The notes under the pieces: generated by a model
Told to the model about the DNA's origin: nothing
Database searches by the model: none
Seen by the model: only the letters and a program-made list of their open reading frames with translations
Origin: Centroscyllium fabricii
Taxonomy: Eukaryota
NCBI GenBank assembly: GCA_051313645.2
Contig: JBNRSN020000010.1
Span: 10,788,001 to 10,852,000, forward strand
DNA: 64,000 nucleotides
Direction: 5' to 3'
In this document: piece after piece, positions 11,249 to 23,676 of the stretch
Numbering within the stretch: the first letter of the stretch is position 1
Layout: the number at the start of each line of letters is the position of its first letter
Program-made: the position numbers and the translations under genes

Positions 11249-12146
11249 GGCCTCTGTCTTCCTGTGGCCCGATTGCTGCGGGTGCGTGCAGACGTGCACC
11301 CGCGGCGCACCCGCACGTGATTTTTTTTCTCAGCTGGACTTCCTGTGGGAAATGCCATTTTTTCTTCGTTCGGAGTGGACGTCTTTTTTTTGGTCCGGGG
11401 TGAAAGCCACGCCCACTGAGGTCGGCTTTACCCCCGAACGAAACTCAGAATCGGCCAGCGGGATGAAGATTATCAGGTTAGGAAGCACCTTTTCTTTGTT
11501 TTTTTAAGGTTTGTAGGAAGCTGATTTTTTTAAGTTTCTGCCTTTTTTGCTGTTAGGGTTTTTTTTTGCTCCAAGTAAAAAAACCAGGTTTAAAGTTAAC
11601 ATTTTTAAAATTCCTTTGGAGATATTTGTTTGTGGTCTTACAGCTTGTAAATGTGAAGGTTTTTATTTATTTTGGTGATAGTGAAAAAAATCGGGGATTT
11701 GAACGCGATGTCCTCAGCTCTGAGAGCTCTGAGAGCTGAACACATCGCGTTCAAATTCCCGATTTTTTTAACTATCACCAAAATATATATAAACTTTCAC
11801 ATTTACAAGCTGTAAGATCACAAACAATTATCTCCAAAGGAATTTAAAATAAATTAACATTAAACCTGTTTTTTTCACTTCTCAAAGCTGCCTGCAGCTT
11901 CTTACCTATCCTTTTTATATGGGCAGCAAAAGAGAGAGGCTTCCCCACGTTGTACGCCCCTATATTGAGCAGCTGACTACAGGAAGTCTGCAGCTCAAGG
12001 TCTTCCTGGGGAGGAAGCTGAAACCCATTGCCCATCAGCACCGGAAGTTCACGTTTCTGGTAATCACCCGAGCTGCCCCCCCACGAGGCATTTCTGACCC
12101 CCCTTCGTGGGGGTGCAGCTCTTCTGGAGCACAGGAAGACAGGGCC
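11249..12146. mobile_element. ~900-bp palindromic MITE with near-perfect central hairpin
   Basis: TIRs GGCCTCTGTCTTCCTGTG / CACAGGAAGACAGGGCC; ~140-bp inverted arms centred on 11726/11727; right end resembles 24300-24499. Confidence 0.78.
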
Positions 12147-13033
12147 CATAGTCTTTTCATGCAGCAATAGAAATAGACTTTATCAAAAAATGTCCACTTG
12201 CATCAACAATCGTATGTGCGATTGAATTATGCTTTCTAACCAAATCCTGTGTACAAAAGAAATTCAACGTTCAACCCGATTCTTCGAATTAGCAAAAATG
12301 TTGCCCTGTGGCTGATCCGTGGGAACTATCAGTAAATATTTATTTGGTCATAACTCTTCAGCTTCTGAAGACTTGCAGAAAATGCTCACTTAATCTGCTC
12401 GCCTCTGGTGAAATAAGCCAAACATTCTGAAATCGCATTCTTTAACAGTAACTCCACAAAACTGGCAACATCCAAGTGCAATTAAATGCCAGTTGTTCCA
12501 TTGCATTTACATCCTATAACTGGAGTGTTCAAACTTGTACACAACTCGGTAGATTACCAGCCCCTGCGTACCTGATGCGGGACATCATTCCATAGATGGG
12601 AATATGAGTAATGGAGATTCTGCTGTCTGTCAATCTCCGACCGCTCACTTTAATGGTTTGGTTTCTACACCATTTTGTTCATGGGTGAGTGACTGGGGGA
12701 TGAAATTGTGGTGGATGGCCACGCAGCAAAGAACCCGCCGGAATCACGGACTCCACGCACCGGGCCGAGGCGCGCTGCTCCCTCGAGGCTGGTGACGACA
12801 CGGAGAAATCATGACATCCCCACGCATGCGCACAAATGCGCCCGACATGAAAACGCACACAAACGCGCAGATGGCATCATGCACATGCGTGATGACGACA
12901 GGACCTCCCAGGAGAGCTATAAATTCCATTGCAAGGGCACAAAATGCTCTCTCTGCAATCTAGTTTAATAAACTAATTTGTATGCTGCTACCCGGTCTCG
13001 GAATTTCCTTTTGCCCATCAGCGAACACAACAT

Positions 13034-13045
13034 TGGTGACCCCGA
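13034..13045 (+). promoter_or_regulatory. PBS complementary to the tRNA-Trp 3' end
   Basis: TGGTGACCCCGA 1 nt after the LTR-terminal CA; matches the tRNA-Trp PBS TGGTGACCCCGACGTGAT over 12 nt. Confidence 0.75.
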
Positions 13046-14270
13046 TGCTCGGAACAGATACAGAGCACAATGATGTTTGACGGAGTTGCAGCCGTGGTCC
13101 GGCTGCCCAAGATTTGGGAGCACCAGGCCTCAGCCTGGATTGTCCAATCTGAGTCCCAGTTCAGGCGACTCCGGGTCAACAGAGAAGACGTATGGTATGA
13201 CCACCTTGTTGCCTCACTGGGGAGCTCCACGATGATGGAAGACTGGACAGAGCTGCAGCACTCACCGCAGCAGGGCAAGGACATGCATCCTAAGGCCGCG
13301 GTCCTTAAAAAGTTCACTACCTTCCAGTACCAGTGCGATAGCCAGCTCCTTGCCCTCCAGGGCCTCAGTGATGCTTTGCCATCACACCTCCTCTCCCACA
13401 TGCGTCGGTCACAGATGAGAACCCTCCGGGATCCCTCTTCTGGACGCTCTTCATCCAACAGCTCCCCCCAGAATCTGTCCCGCTATCGTTGCGTCCAATC
13501 TCCAGAACCTGTCACAACTATGCGTCCTGGCTGACAGACTAATGGTGGGACAACAGGCCCACGTCAGCTCGGTCTTGGCGGCCGCTGCAATGTCGCACCA
13601 CCCAACTCCCTCCATATTGTCGCTGGGCCCAGCCCCCAGGCCCACACGACCACCGAGTTCCACGAAGCTGCGGAACCCAGCATACTGCTGCTGCACCCCG
13701 CCCTGTTCATCGCTGGGGCACAACGGTGCACGCATACCTGAACATTCAAGACCACCCCCGCCATGTCCGTGGGACACCTTGGATGCCTGCTGCACATCAT
13801 GGATTGCAAAACCAGATGCCATTTCCTTTGTGACACCGGGGTCCAGCACAGCATCATCCCCGCCTCCACCATCGAAATCAAAATGGGCACACGAAGCCCA
13901 GCACTCGCTGTGGACAACGGGTCCGACATCCGGACGTATGGAACAAGCACGGTCCAACTTCAACTGCTCTATGTAGCAGCTTATCACTGCCAAGATACTA
14001 TCACCACTCATCGATGCAGACTTTTCTATGTGCCCACGGCCTGAGGGTCGACCTGCTCTGCTTCTGCCTCGTGGACATTAAAACCATGACTCCCATCCCA
14101 GGCACCATGGCTCTGCTCAGCCCACCAACATGGCCCCACAGTGTCACGCATGGGCCATAGACGACTACTTGGCACTCCTGGCAGAATTCCCGGCCCTCAC
14201 AAACCCAACCTTCATCAACAAGTTCGCCAAGTACGGGGTATAACAATTCTTCCCTACCACAGTCCCACCG

Positions 14271-15095
14271 GTGCACGCCCACGCCCGCAGGCTAGACCCA
14301 GCCAAGTTTGAGGTCACACAGAAGGAGTTCACCACCATCGAGCAACTCGGCCACATCTGCCGCTCCAACAGCCCTTGGGCCTCACCGTTTCACATCACCA
14401 CCAAACCCGACGGGGGTTGGCGCACCTTCAGGGATTACCACCGCCTCAACAATGCCATCACACCTGATCGGTACCCAGTGCAGCACATTCAGGACTTTTT
14501 GGCCAGACTGGCCAGTTGTTCAGTCTTCTCCGAAGACGACCTGGTGTGCAGCTGCCATCAAGTTCCTGTCCATGCCGCCGACATCCCCAAGACCACAGCC
14601 TTCTCCCCCTACGGGCTGTTCCAGTTCGTGCAGATGCCCTTTGTCCTCAAAAATGCAGCACACGCATTCCAGTGGTTCATGGACCCCGTCCTACGGGACC
14701 TGAACTTCATGTTCATCTCCCTGGACGACATCCTGATAGCCAGTTCCTCTAAGCAGGAGCACCTCGAGCACCTCAGGGCACTCTTCACGTGCATCAAAGA
14801 ACACAGCCTCATCCTCGATAGCACCAACTGCCAGTTTGTTCTCGACCAGATTGACTACCTCGTCCACCAAATAACTGAAGCCATGGCCATTACCCTGGCC
14901 ACCAAGGTGCAGGCAGTCCAGCAATTTCCCCGGCCCACCACCGTCAAGAGCCTCCAAGAGTTCCTCGGGATGGTGAACTTATACAATCGCTTCATTCCCA
15001 AAGCGGCATCCCTCATTGCTCCCCTCTACCATGGCCTGCGCGTAAGACCGGCAAAATGGCCGTCCAATGGACGGCACAATCCTCCGACGCTTTAG
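14271..15095 (+). pseudogene. Gypsy reverse transcriptase remnant
   Basis: 274-aa ORF with RT motifs; YLDD degenerated to SLDD; frameshift at the end. Confidence 0.88.
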
Positions 15096-15146
15096 ACTCC
15101 ACCAAGTTCACATTAGCTGATGCCACCCTGCTCGCACACCCTGTTT

Positions 15147-15380
15147 CCTCCCACCACACAAAGACATGCAGGTTCAGTGAATTGGATATATTAAAAATTG
15201 CCCATGATTATGTGTGTGAGATGTAATTCTTAGAGTTGAGGGTTTCGAGGGATATGGCGAGAGGGTAGGAGGCGGGTGCTGGGTTTCGATGAACAGCCAT
15301 GATCTCATTAAAATGGCGGGTCAGGCTTGAAGGGCCGAATGGCCTACTCCTGCTCCTATCTTCTGTGGTTCTGTGTTTCT
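15147..15380 (+). mobile_element. HE1-type SINE 3' fragment
   Basis: CCTCCCAC..CAAAGACATGCAGGTT V-domain end followed by the CR1-shared tail GAAGGGCCGAATGGCCTACTCCTGCTCCTAT. Confidence 0.75.
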
Positions 15381-15842
15381 GTGCCTTCAGTTTCTCTCCC
15401 AATGGCAGCTTGAGGGCCCGTCTCCTCATCTGGTGAATCACAATCTGAAAGCAGGAAGGCAAAACACTGGCTTTAGCGTGAAGAGAATGTTGCATAAATT
15501 GAGGAGTGAGGCAGCCAAATATTTATTTGGTTGGAAAGTGACAATGGTTGATGCTGTGAGGAAGAAGAGGAAGGAGAGAGCACATGATGTTGGTGAATAG
15601 ATTTAAACAGATGTGCATCCAATGTTTGAATAGCCCTTCAAATGCACAGCAACGATGTTACCTGTTGTGCTTCCTTCCAATTGGTTTAATAACCCTTACT
15701 GTACGCAAAGTATGGAATGTGCATGTGTGTTTGATAACAGGACCATAGGTGCTGGATGAGTGTTGGGCATTGGTGTTTTAAGACCCTCTGTCCATAGAGT
15801 GAGGTTGACAGGGAGCGATGGAGAAATGTTCAGAGAAATGCC

Positions 15843-16075
15843 ACTCACTCTGACGAAACTAGTGAGGTCCTTGTTCATTGTCCTACATTGGATTTGGGTC
15901 CTGGGGACCATGATCCTGGAGGAGACGAGATGAGCCACGTCCCTCCACACTGTTCTGTATTCGCGTGGCACACGTCTCCTGCCACGCTATGGCAAAATAA
16001 TGTATCTTCTGCACTCCACTGCGTGAACCAGAACCTCGAAGCCCCGGTCAGTGAAGCGCTGCGCTCGCTCCCCGG
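15843..16075 (-). pseudogene. Myb/SANT-like DNA-binding domain exon of a PIF/Harbinger transposon remnant
   Basis: Manual translation RERAQRFTDRGFEVLVHAVECRRYIILP*RGRRRVPREYRTVWRDVAHLVSSRIMVPRTQIQCRTMNKDLTSFVR, then GTGAGT donor; fits the NAIF1/MSANTD-like Myb pattern; one stop. Confidence 0.7.
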
Positions 16076-17669
16076 CCCTCCCATGGCTGAAAAGTGTAGT
16101 CGTAAGTCCGTCCAGGCCTAGCTTCAAGGCATCAAGGCTCCAATGAGCAGAGTGTTGCTGGAGCGCGAGCTCGGTCCTCCCCCTTTAAACCCGGCGGGTG
16201 CCAGTGTTTCTGTTCAGTCAGTAGCGGACAGCACCAGCGCTGCGCCCATGCTCTGCGGTCGTGCCTTTGTGCTTTAGGACAGCTGTGTAACACCTGCTTT
16301 AGCGCTGCAATCACCTCCAGGGGCAATAAAACCCACGTTTCTGTTGGCGGTGCTAATTTGCATCAGGTGCTAAATTTACCACTGGGCCGACTATAACGCA
16401 CCAAACGTGGCGATACCCAACGTTTCCCCATAAGACTCTAGGGTTCTTATAGTGCACTGTTACTGAAGCCTGTCATTCCCATCCCATTGCTGCACCGATT
16501 TCTGCATCAAATGTCATGATCCGCCCAACCAGAGGCAGCTTCCCAATATCGGGTGGTAAATGTACATTTTGTCTCCGCTGGCTAAGTCTTTATGGAAAAA
16601 GGTGAAAGCTCTGCCAGGATCATGGCGGGGTCACTCAGATGGGAGTAATTTCCGGTCGGTAACAATGCTCTCGTGATGTTTATGAGCCAAGGAATGAAAT
16701 CCAGACCCCTGGACAGATATTTGTCATTAAGCACTCGTTAATAAATTACCGATTACAACGAGCACGCAGAGCAAAACAAGGCGAGGACGACTCGGCGTGG
16801 AGCAACAAAACTGGCCGCTGTTCCCTCCATTAATTTTCCTTTCTGCCCACTGCCCGGCGATCCTTTGCTCCCCAGCGCCATGCCGGCTCAGCTGCCCTTG
16901 TTGTGTTTCCATGCCAGTGGTTCACTCTACTTGAGACAGGCTGGCTCGGCCATCTGATATCCGCTTCTACACAGCTATATATTGTTAGATTGGTAGTTGA
17001 CAGCCTTTATTTTGCCTGTTCACTGCATCCTCCCAGCCCGTTGGCGCCCTCCTCAGTGGCCATTTAATTTTTATTATTTGGACTACAGGAAACGCTATGA
17101 AGCTCTGCGCTGTGTTTTCTGGATCCACTGCCAGTAAACTATTTCTAGTGATTGAATTAGGCATGCTGCATCACTACATGTGATTGACCAATATCACGCG
17201 GCTCTTGGTTTTATAACTACCAGGCGGGTTACTGTGTTACCTCATTTTTTCCATCTGGCCGGAGAAGCACATGCGCTTTTTATATGGAACAGTCGGATAT
17301 TCAGCATAACAACACGATCTGGATCTGGCCTCATCCAAACCATGGAGTTTTCTCTACATCTGGATCTTTCCGATAAAATTCCTGTTTATGGTCACGGCTA
17401 TCGTTGTTCTGCTGGTCAACCAGGAATGTATTATCTGACAGCAATGTAGATAATCTACCCCGTGGGGTATTAAATGTGACGTCACATCCCTCCCTCTTGC
17501 TTTTATCATTATCACCACCCCTTTTGTTGCTGCGATTTTACGTCTTCTCTGCAGCACAGAATGTTTCAGGACCGACATTGTGAACTCTGCAGTAAGCAGT
17601 TGAGCGTCCATTAGCTGAGACTAGTCGCTGAGTTATGAGATTATCTGCCCCACTGCTCATTACAGGTAA

Positions 17670-18435
17670 ATGTTCTCAAACCACGTCAACACATTACCAC
17701 CCAATCCCATGTGCTTTAACTTTGCACACCAATCTCTTGTGTGGGACCTTGTCGAATGCCTTCTGAAAGTCCAAGTACAGCACATCCACTGGTTCTCCCT
17801 TGTCTATTCTATAGGAAACATGCTCAAAAAATTCCAGAATATTTGTCAAGCATGATTTCCCTTTCACAAATCCATGCTGACTTCGATCGATCATATCACC
17901 ACTTTCCAAATGGTCTGCTATGACATCCTTAATAACTGATTCCATCATTTTACCCCCTACCGCTGTCAGGCTGACCGGTCTGTAATTCCATGTTTTCTCC
18001 CTCCCTCCTTTTTTAAATGCAAGAACTCACACAACACCAGTTTATAGTCCAGCAGTTTTATTTTAAATAAGGTTTCAGAGCGCTGCTCCTTCGTCAGGTG
18101 AAGTGAAGTTGATTCAAATAAAGCGTGGGTTACATATATTAGCCACCCTCCGCTTCATCAGAACTGATCCAGGGTCGTTGGAATGTTGGAAAATGATTGT
18201 CAATGCGTCCACTATTTACAAGGCCAAATCCTTAAGTAGTATGGAATGCAGACCATGAGGCCCTGGGGATTCATCAGCCCTCAGTACCATCAATTTCCCC
18301 AACACATTTTCCCGACTAAAAAGGATCTCCCTCAGCTCCTCCTTTTTACTAGACCCTCTGACCCCTTTTATGTCCGGCAGGTTGCTTGTGTCCTCATTAT
18401 TAAATACCGAACCAAAGTACTTGTTCAATTGATAA
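17670..18435 (-). mobile_element. CR1 LINE RT fragment
   Basis: SQHGFVKGKSCLTNILEFF..LYLDFQKAFDKVPHKRL; ADESPGPHGLH; closely related to 1-963. Confidence 0.9.
18019..18115 (-). mobile_element. Penelope-like terminal fragment with hammerhead-like core, inserted in CR1
   Basis: Minus strand CACCTGACGAAGGAGCAGCGCTCTGAAA..AATAAAA.CTGCTGGACTATAAACTGGTGTTGTGTGA: CUGANGA-stem II-GAAA followed by a polyA signal. Confidence 0.6.
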
Positions 18436-18439
18436 GACA

Positions 18440-19620
18440 TGTCATAGGACTGTTCAGTTGGATAATGTTACAGAGAAAGCGGCGGTGAGGAGATTTGAAG
18501 ACCTAGTTGTATGTTTCTAAATGGAAACGTTGCTGCAGTGATAGCCAAATTAGTTGACCCAGAAAATTGTGATCTGCCAATGGTAATTGGCGCGTGTTAT
18601 TTATGGGCAGCGGAGATTTGGGTAAGCTTAACTTTACAGAGGTTGGGAGATGGGAGGTTGGCCAGGATGGCATTGGATAGGCAAGTCTGGAGGTGGAAAA
18701 TAATGGAGCGTTCTGGCAGCCGAAGGGGAGGAGCTGGCAGATTTTACAGTTTCTGTAATTGAGTCGATATGGGGTCAGCAGCTGAGCTGGGGGGCCGAGT
18801 TTGAGATCACGCTTGTTCAGCCTGAGACATTAACCATGGAGCTAAATTGTATCGATGGCTAGAGAAATGAACGTGTTGCTTGTAAAAATGACAATTCAAT
18901 CAGTCTGCCCAATATTTAATTGGAGGGTCACCCACGACTGGAAGTCAGACAAGTGGTTTGACAACACCGAGACAGCGCAGGGTACGAGAGCATGTCGGCA
19001 GCATGTGGAATCTGACATTGTGTTCCGCGATGAGGTCGCAAGAGGCAACCTGTAGATGAGGAATCGAAGGATGAAAGAGTATAACCTTTGAGGATCACCA
19101 GATGTAACGGTACAAGAGCGCATAGCTAAATTCATCACAGGCTATTCTCCGGCACTGACTGCATAGGTAAGTGTGGAACCAGGTGAATACAGGAAATGGA
19201 GGAGAGCATTTGAGACCATGGTGAGGTCAACCTTATCCCAGACAGGAAAACTGAGATATTTTACCAGGATCAAATGACAAATGATGCCGTATGTGACTTT
19301 GATAAAGATCGTTTCCGTGCGATGAAAAGGGCAGAAAACGGATAGGAGAGATTCAAACATGGAGTTGTGGAAAGATGGTCATCGATTTGGGAGCCAACAA
19401 TACGTTCAAGGACTTTGGAGAGGGGTAGGGGTTTGGAGATGGGTTGATAGTTTGCAAAGATATACGGGGCAAGCTGCATAGGAGGTGCGTTTAGACGGCA
19501 GATATTAAAGGGAGACGGACAGTACCAGAGCAGAGACAACCGTTCGTTGTTTCAACACGCATGGGATCTAGGAACAGAAGTTGAGTAGTCAGCCATTTTA
19601 TGGGATTTAGGGGGGATTGT
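18440..19620 (-). mobile_element. L2-clade LINE RT remnant
   Basis: ANYQPIS..LSKVLERIVGSQI and FESL.S.F.PFHRTETIFIKVTYGI (L2 HSTETAL motif); heavily degenerate. Confidence 0.72.
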
Positions 19621-19659
19621 GTCCAGTGTATCATTGAACAGTCTTCGATCAGAAAGGAC

Positions 19660-20110
19660 ACAACGGGAAAGGGGGATCATTGGGAAATTCACGGTAAGGC
19701 AGTAGCTGTTTAATTACACAAATTCTGGTGAATTTAGAGGATTACAGTAAATATGTCATTAGAAATAGAGGATTGGCAAATTTAGGGGAATTCATTAACT
19801 GTTTAATTAGAAATAGAATAAAATATAGTTTAGGGGAACACAGTAACCATTTATATACAAATAGGGAGATTAGGGTAGCAGATTAACTATTTAATTAGAA
19901 ATCGGGAACATGGGAAATTGTGAGTACATGTGTAATTAGAAATTGGGCCCATGAAGCTTAGTAACCATGGACATAGAAGTAGGTGACAGGCGAACACGGT
20001 TCCTGTTTCATAACAAATCTTGGGCACGGAATGTCATGGAAACACAGTAACTGTTTAATTAGTAATGACAATTCTCAAGGTAACAAAATTACTTAATTAG
20101 GAGCAAGGCG
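19660..20110. repeat. Degenerate short tandem repeat
   Basis: Recurring CAGTAACTGTTTAATTAGAAATAGGG-like units. Confidence 0.5.
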
Positions 20111-21025
20111 TGGGGAATCACAACAATATGGGACTTCATTTCACACTGTAATGTAATGGCTAACTGGTTTATGCCATTGATTTCTGTTTTCTATGTTGAC
20201 ATTAGATGATGTGGTTGATTACCCATCGCAATCTCGCGATTGTCGCTGGATGCAGATACATCGCTGACAACGAGAATTAAAATATGTTTCTTAATCCTGC
20301 CTGAAATGCAGTTGGCATCTGAATCCAGTTAAATATGTTTGTCCCTATTACAAAAATACTACACGCAATTCACAATCACTTCCCCAGAATCTGGGTGCCA
20401 GCCAGATTGGCAGAGCCTGTGATCCATGGGGAAATTCAAACAATTTACTTAGCCTTTATCAATAACGAGGTTTCTTTACTGAATAAGCTGGGTTTTTTTC
20501 TGTTGGACTAACGCGTATTATAACCCTAGTTACTTATCTGATCAATAGTTTCGCTCTTGGTCCATATAAGTTCAGTTATACAAAGTGCAGCATTTCGTGA
20601 TAAGTCTTGCTTTATTTCTGTATCATTGATGTCAATTAAACATGAAAATGTATTTCCAGATTTTTCATCGCAGAACAAAACCTTCCCACACGTTATCAAA
20701 TGAGTAATGTTCTCTGAAATATATGAATTAGTTTGGGATGAAATCTCTTAAATTTAATGGAGGCTTACTTCGTCCTTATGCTGATCATTGCTGCAGGGTC
20801 ATGCCTGGCCCATCAGCCCAGTGGTACTTTAAATCATCTTGTAATTTCCTGCTTAACTGGCAAAGGTTGAAGGTTAACATTACTAAATTATAAAGCGAAG
20901 GCAATGCAATATAACATTAGCAGTGCACCTCCCTTCACATTATAGTACACACAGCCATTAACAAACAACATCTTATCAGCAGCATATATTTATCTCGACC
21001 TATTCTATGGCGCAGATCTCTACTA

Positions 21026-21840
21026 TTGGTCCAGATATTCCGAAAACTATGGGTGGGTACGTGCTGGGAACCCATCTGCAGGGACATCGGAAATGCTGGC
21101 TTCATACAGGCATGCCCTGAAAACCGAAATTCCCACTCTGTGAAGAATTGTATTAACAGATCCCCCGGCTGCACTGTTGAAGGGCCTCTGGGGGTGGATA
21201 GTTCCGCATTTTGGAGACCGTCCGCCGCAGAGTGCCCTTACAATTTTTACGCCAGGTAAACTCAGACGTAAGGTCCAACTTCACCAGGTTAAGAGATGAA
21301 AACACTAAAAATAATATGTTTTCACTGATTTATCATTTCAAACTACTTTATGAAAAAGTAACATCAACCGAAAATTCTGGAAAAAATCAGCAGGCGAGAC
21401 AAGATCGGGAAGACATAAATAGAGTCAACCTTTCGTTTCGGGACACTTTGTCGAAACTGGTAAGTTTATTTTTAGCCCCATAAAAATTATTAATTTTTTT
21501 TCCAAAAAATTAATTAAAAAAAAATATTTTGGGGGGATTTCAAGTTATTTTAAAAATGTTATTAAAAAAAACTTTCACTCGGTTTTTTCGTTGAGCTCCA
21601 TTTGTGTATTTGACAGGACTATCTGTCAAATGTATGAAGGGAGAGTGCCTTCTGTGATTGCATTGCCCTAGCCACGTGGTCCCAGGGACGCTGCGACCGA
21701 CATGCACCGTTGGATACGTGGGCCCTGCGCACTTCGACTGTGGTCAAGCCCAAGAGCGGAAACCCTCGGTTAAGTGCTCAGATATTTCCAGATTACAGGC
21801 CTTCGCTCGCCAGAGGCCTGCGATCGGAAACTGCTCATCA
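21026..21840. mobile_element. Degenerate MITE-like element
   Basis: GC-rich ends around an AT-rich centre with GGTAAG motifs, like the neighbouring MITEs; ends not resolved. Confidence 0.35.
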
Positions 21841-23092
21841 ATCTATTTTAAATAAATGATCACTATCTCGAGCCACATTTACAAATTAATGTCCTGGTGA
21901 TGTCAGCTTGATTGGTCATGTCACGGAGCCGTTCTTCAGGCATCTGCATCATGCAAATCAGTTACTGTTTGCTGCACGTGCAGCACCTCACTTCTGCACA
22001 GATATTGACATCGCAAGATGATGCAGCATGAGACTTCTGATATTGACCCATTTCTGTCCTTTATGGCTATCTGGATGTGGAGGTGTATGATTTGGTCTCC
22101 CCCTGCATGGTCATGAAGATTCGGTTAGTGGCCAAGCTTTCAAATATATTCTTCTCATTTTTCACTATCAACAAGTACACAAACATCGCCAACTGAAAGC
22201 AACTAATTATTTTCACTACACTTTCCTGACTTTACTAGATTGTGAATGTCTAAGAATCCATATGTGAGATCTTCGATTCTAAACGATTCCACATTTACCC
22301 ATATTGCTTGGAGTAATTAAATCTCCAATCGTCACAAGCAAGAATCATGTCAGTTACTGTATCTTAAGGACCAGTTTACAAAGTATAATTAAAAGCTACA
22401 TAGACAGCAGGTCCGGCATTGGACAAATTAGTCTCCTGCATCTCATCTTTTATATGGAAGCAAGTCATCCCCAGTTCCACGGGACTGCCAATGAAGAGAA
22501 GAATAATTAAATGTTATAATGAGGGAAAAGTTCAGTACCGCCCCATTTTGGGATTGATTATCAGCCATGCGCACTGTTTAGCGCCTGGTGTTGATTATCG
22601 CTTCCGACACAAAATTGTGTCCGATCGCCCGTGGAGGTGATTGGAGCTGTTAATCAGTTGCTTCCATCCTGTCTTAAGGCGCAAATACCAAGGAGCGAGG
22701 CGCTACCTCGGAGCGCTGGTGAAGTTCATGTGATGTCAGTCAGCAATTGAACACAGACTCAATGGGGCAAGAAGGGCACAGACACATCTACTGTTAGTTA
22801 TGGGGTAACACTGGGACAGGAGGGGAAATCTCACATCTAGTGTCAGTGTAGGGCTAACACTGGGATAAGAATGGCACGGTCACATCTAGTGTCAGTGGAT
22901 TGTTAAATCTGGGGCAGGAGGGACACGATCACATCTAGTGTAATTCTAGAATTAACACTGGGAGTTGCGGGTACGGTTTAATCTAATGATAACTCTGGGA
23001 CAGGAGGGGCGCGGTCAGAGCTAGTGTAGGTGTAGGGGTAGCACTGGGAGTTGAGGGGCACGATCACATCTAGTGAATCTTTAGGGGTAACA

Positions 23093-23494
23093 TAGTGGCG
23101 GCACGGTGGCATAGTGGTTAGCACTGTTGTCTCACAGCACTGGAGACCCGGGTTCAAATCCAGCCTCGGGTGCTATATGTGTGGAGTTTGCACATTCTCC
23201 CCGTGTCTGCGTGGGTTTCCTCCGGGTGCTCCGGTTTCCTCCAACAGTCCAAAGATGTGCGGGTTAGGTTGATTGGCCAGGATAAATTGACTCTTAGTGT
23301 TAGGGTGATTGAATGTGTGGGGTTACGGGGATAGGGTGGGATATGTGTTAGTGCAGGCTCGATATGGATCAAGGGATATTGGGCGAGGGCAGGGGCGGGG
23401 TGCTGGGTTTGGATGATCAGGCATGATCTCATTGAATGGCGGAGCAGGCTCGAAGGGCCAAATGGCCGACTCCTGCTCCTAGTTTCTATGTTTC
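23093..23494 (+). mobile_element. HE1-type V-SINE, full length
   Basis: tRNA-like head GGCACGGTGGCATAGTGGTTAGCACTG..GGTTCAAATCC; V-domain TGTGGAGTTTGCACATTCTCCCCGTGTCTGCGTGGGTTTCCTCCGGGTGCTCCGG; CR1-shared tail; TSD TAACA. Confidence 0.92.
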
Positions 23495-23676
23495 TAACAC
23501 TGGGAAATGAGGGGCCCGGGCACATCTAATGTCAGTATACGGTTAACGCTTTGACAGGACGGAACCGTCCCATCTAGATTCAGAGTAGAGGGAAAACATT
23601 TAAAGGAGGTGCAATCTCACATCTTGTGTGAGTGTAGGAGTAGCACTGGCACTGGAGGGTTATGGTCACAGATAAT

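Larger units (their letters stand above)
12707..15150 (+). mobile_element. Ty3/Gypsy LTR retrotransposon, 3'-truncated and frameshifted
   Basis: 5' LTR 12707-13032 (TG..CA, TATAAA ~12918, AATAAA ~12967); gag-like LPKIW..AWIVQSESQF; protease FLCDTGVQHSIIP; RT SPWASP..DYHRLN..DRYPV..ISLDDILI..FLGMVNLYNRFIP; no RNase H, integrase or 3' LTR. Confidence 0.9.

Noticed and set aside
17310-17440. Transmembrane-like peptide WSFLYIWIFPIKFLFMVTAIVVLLV
   Set aside because: No usable splice acceptor or start codon in frame and no supporting exons
21860-22250. Possible RTE LINE remnant
   Set aside because: No clear RT motif could be recovered
23097-23170. tRNA gene
   Set aside because: A/B-box head of an HE1-type SINE, followed by the V-domain and LINE-derived tail
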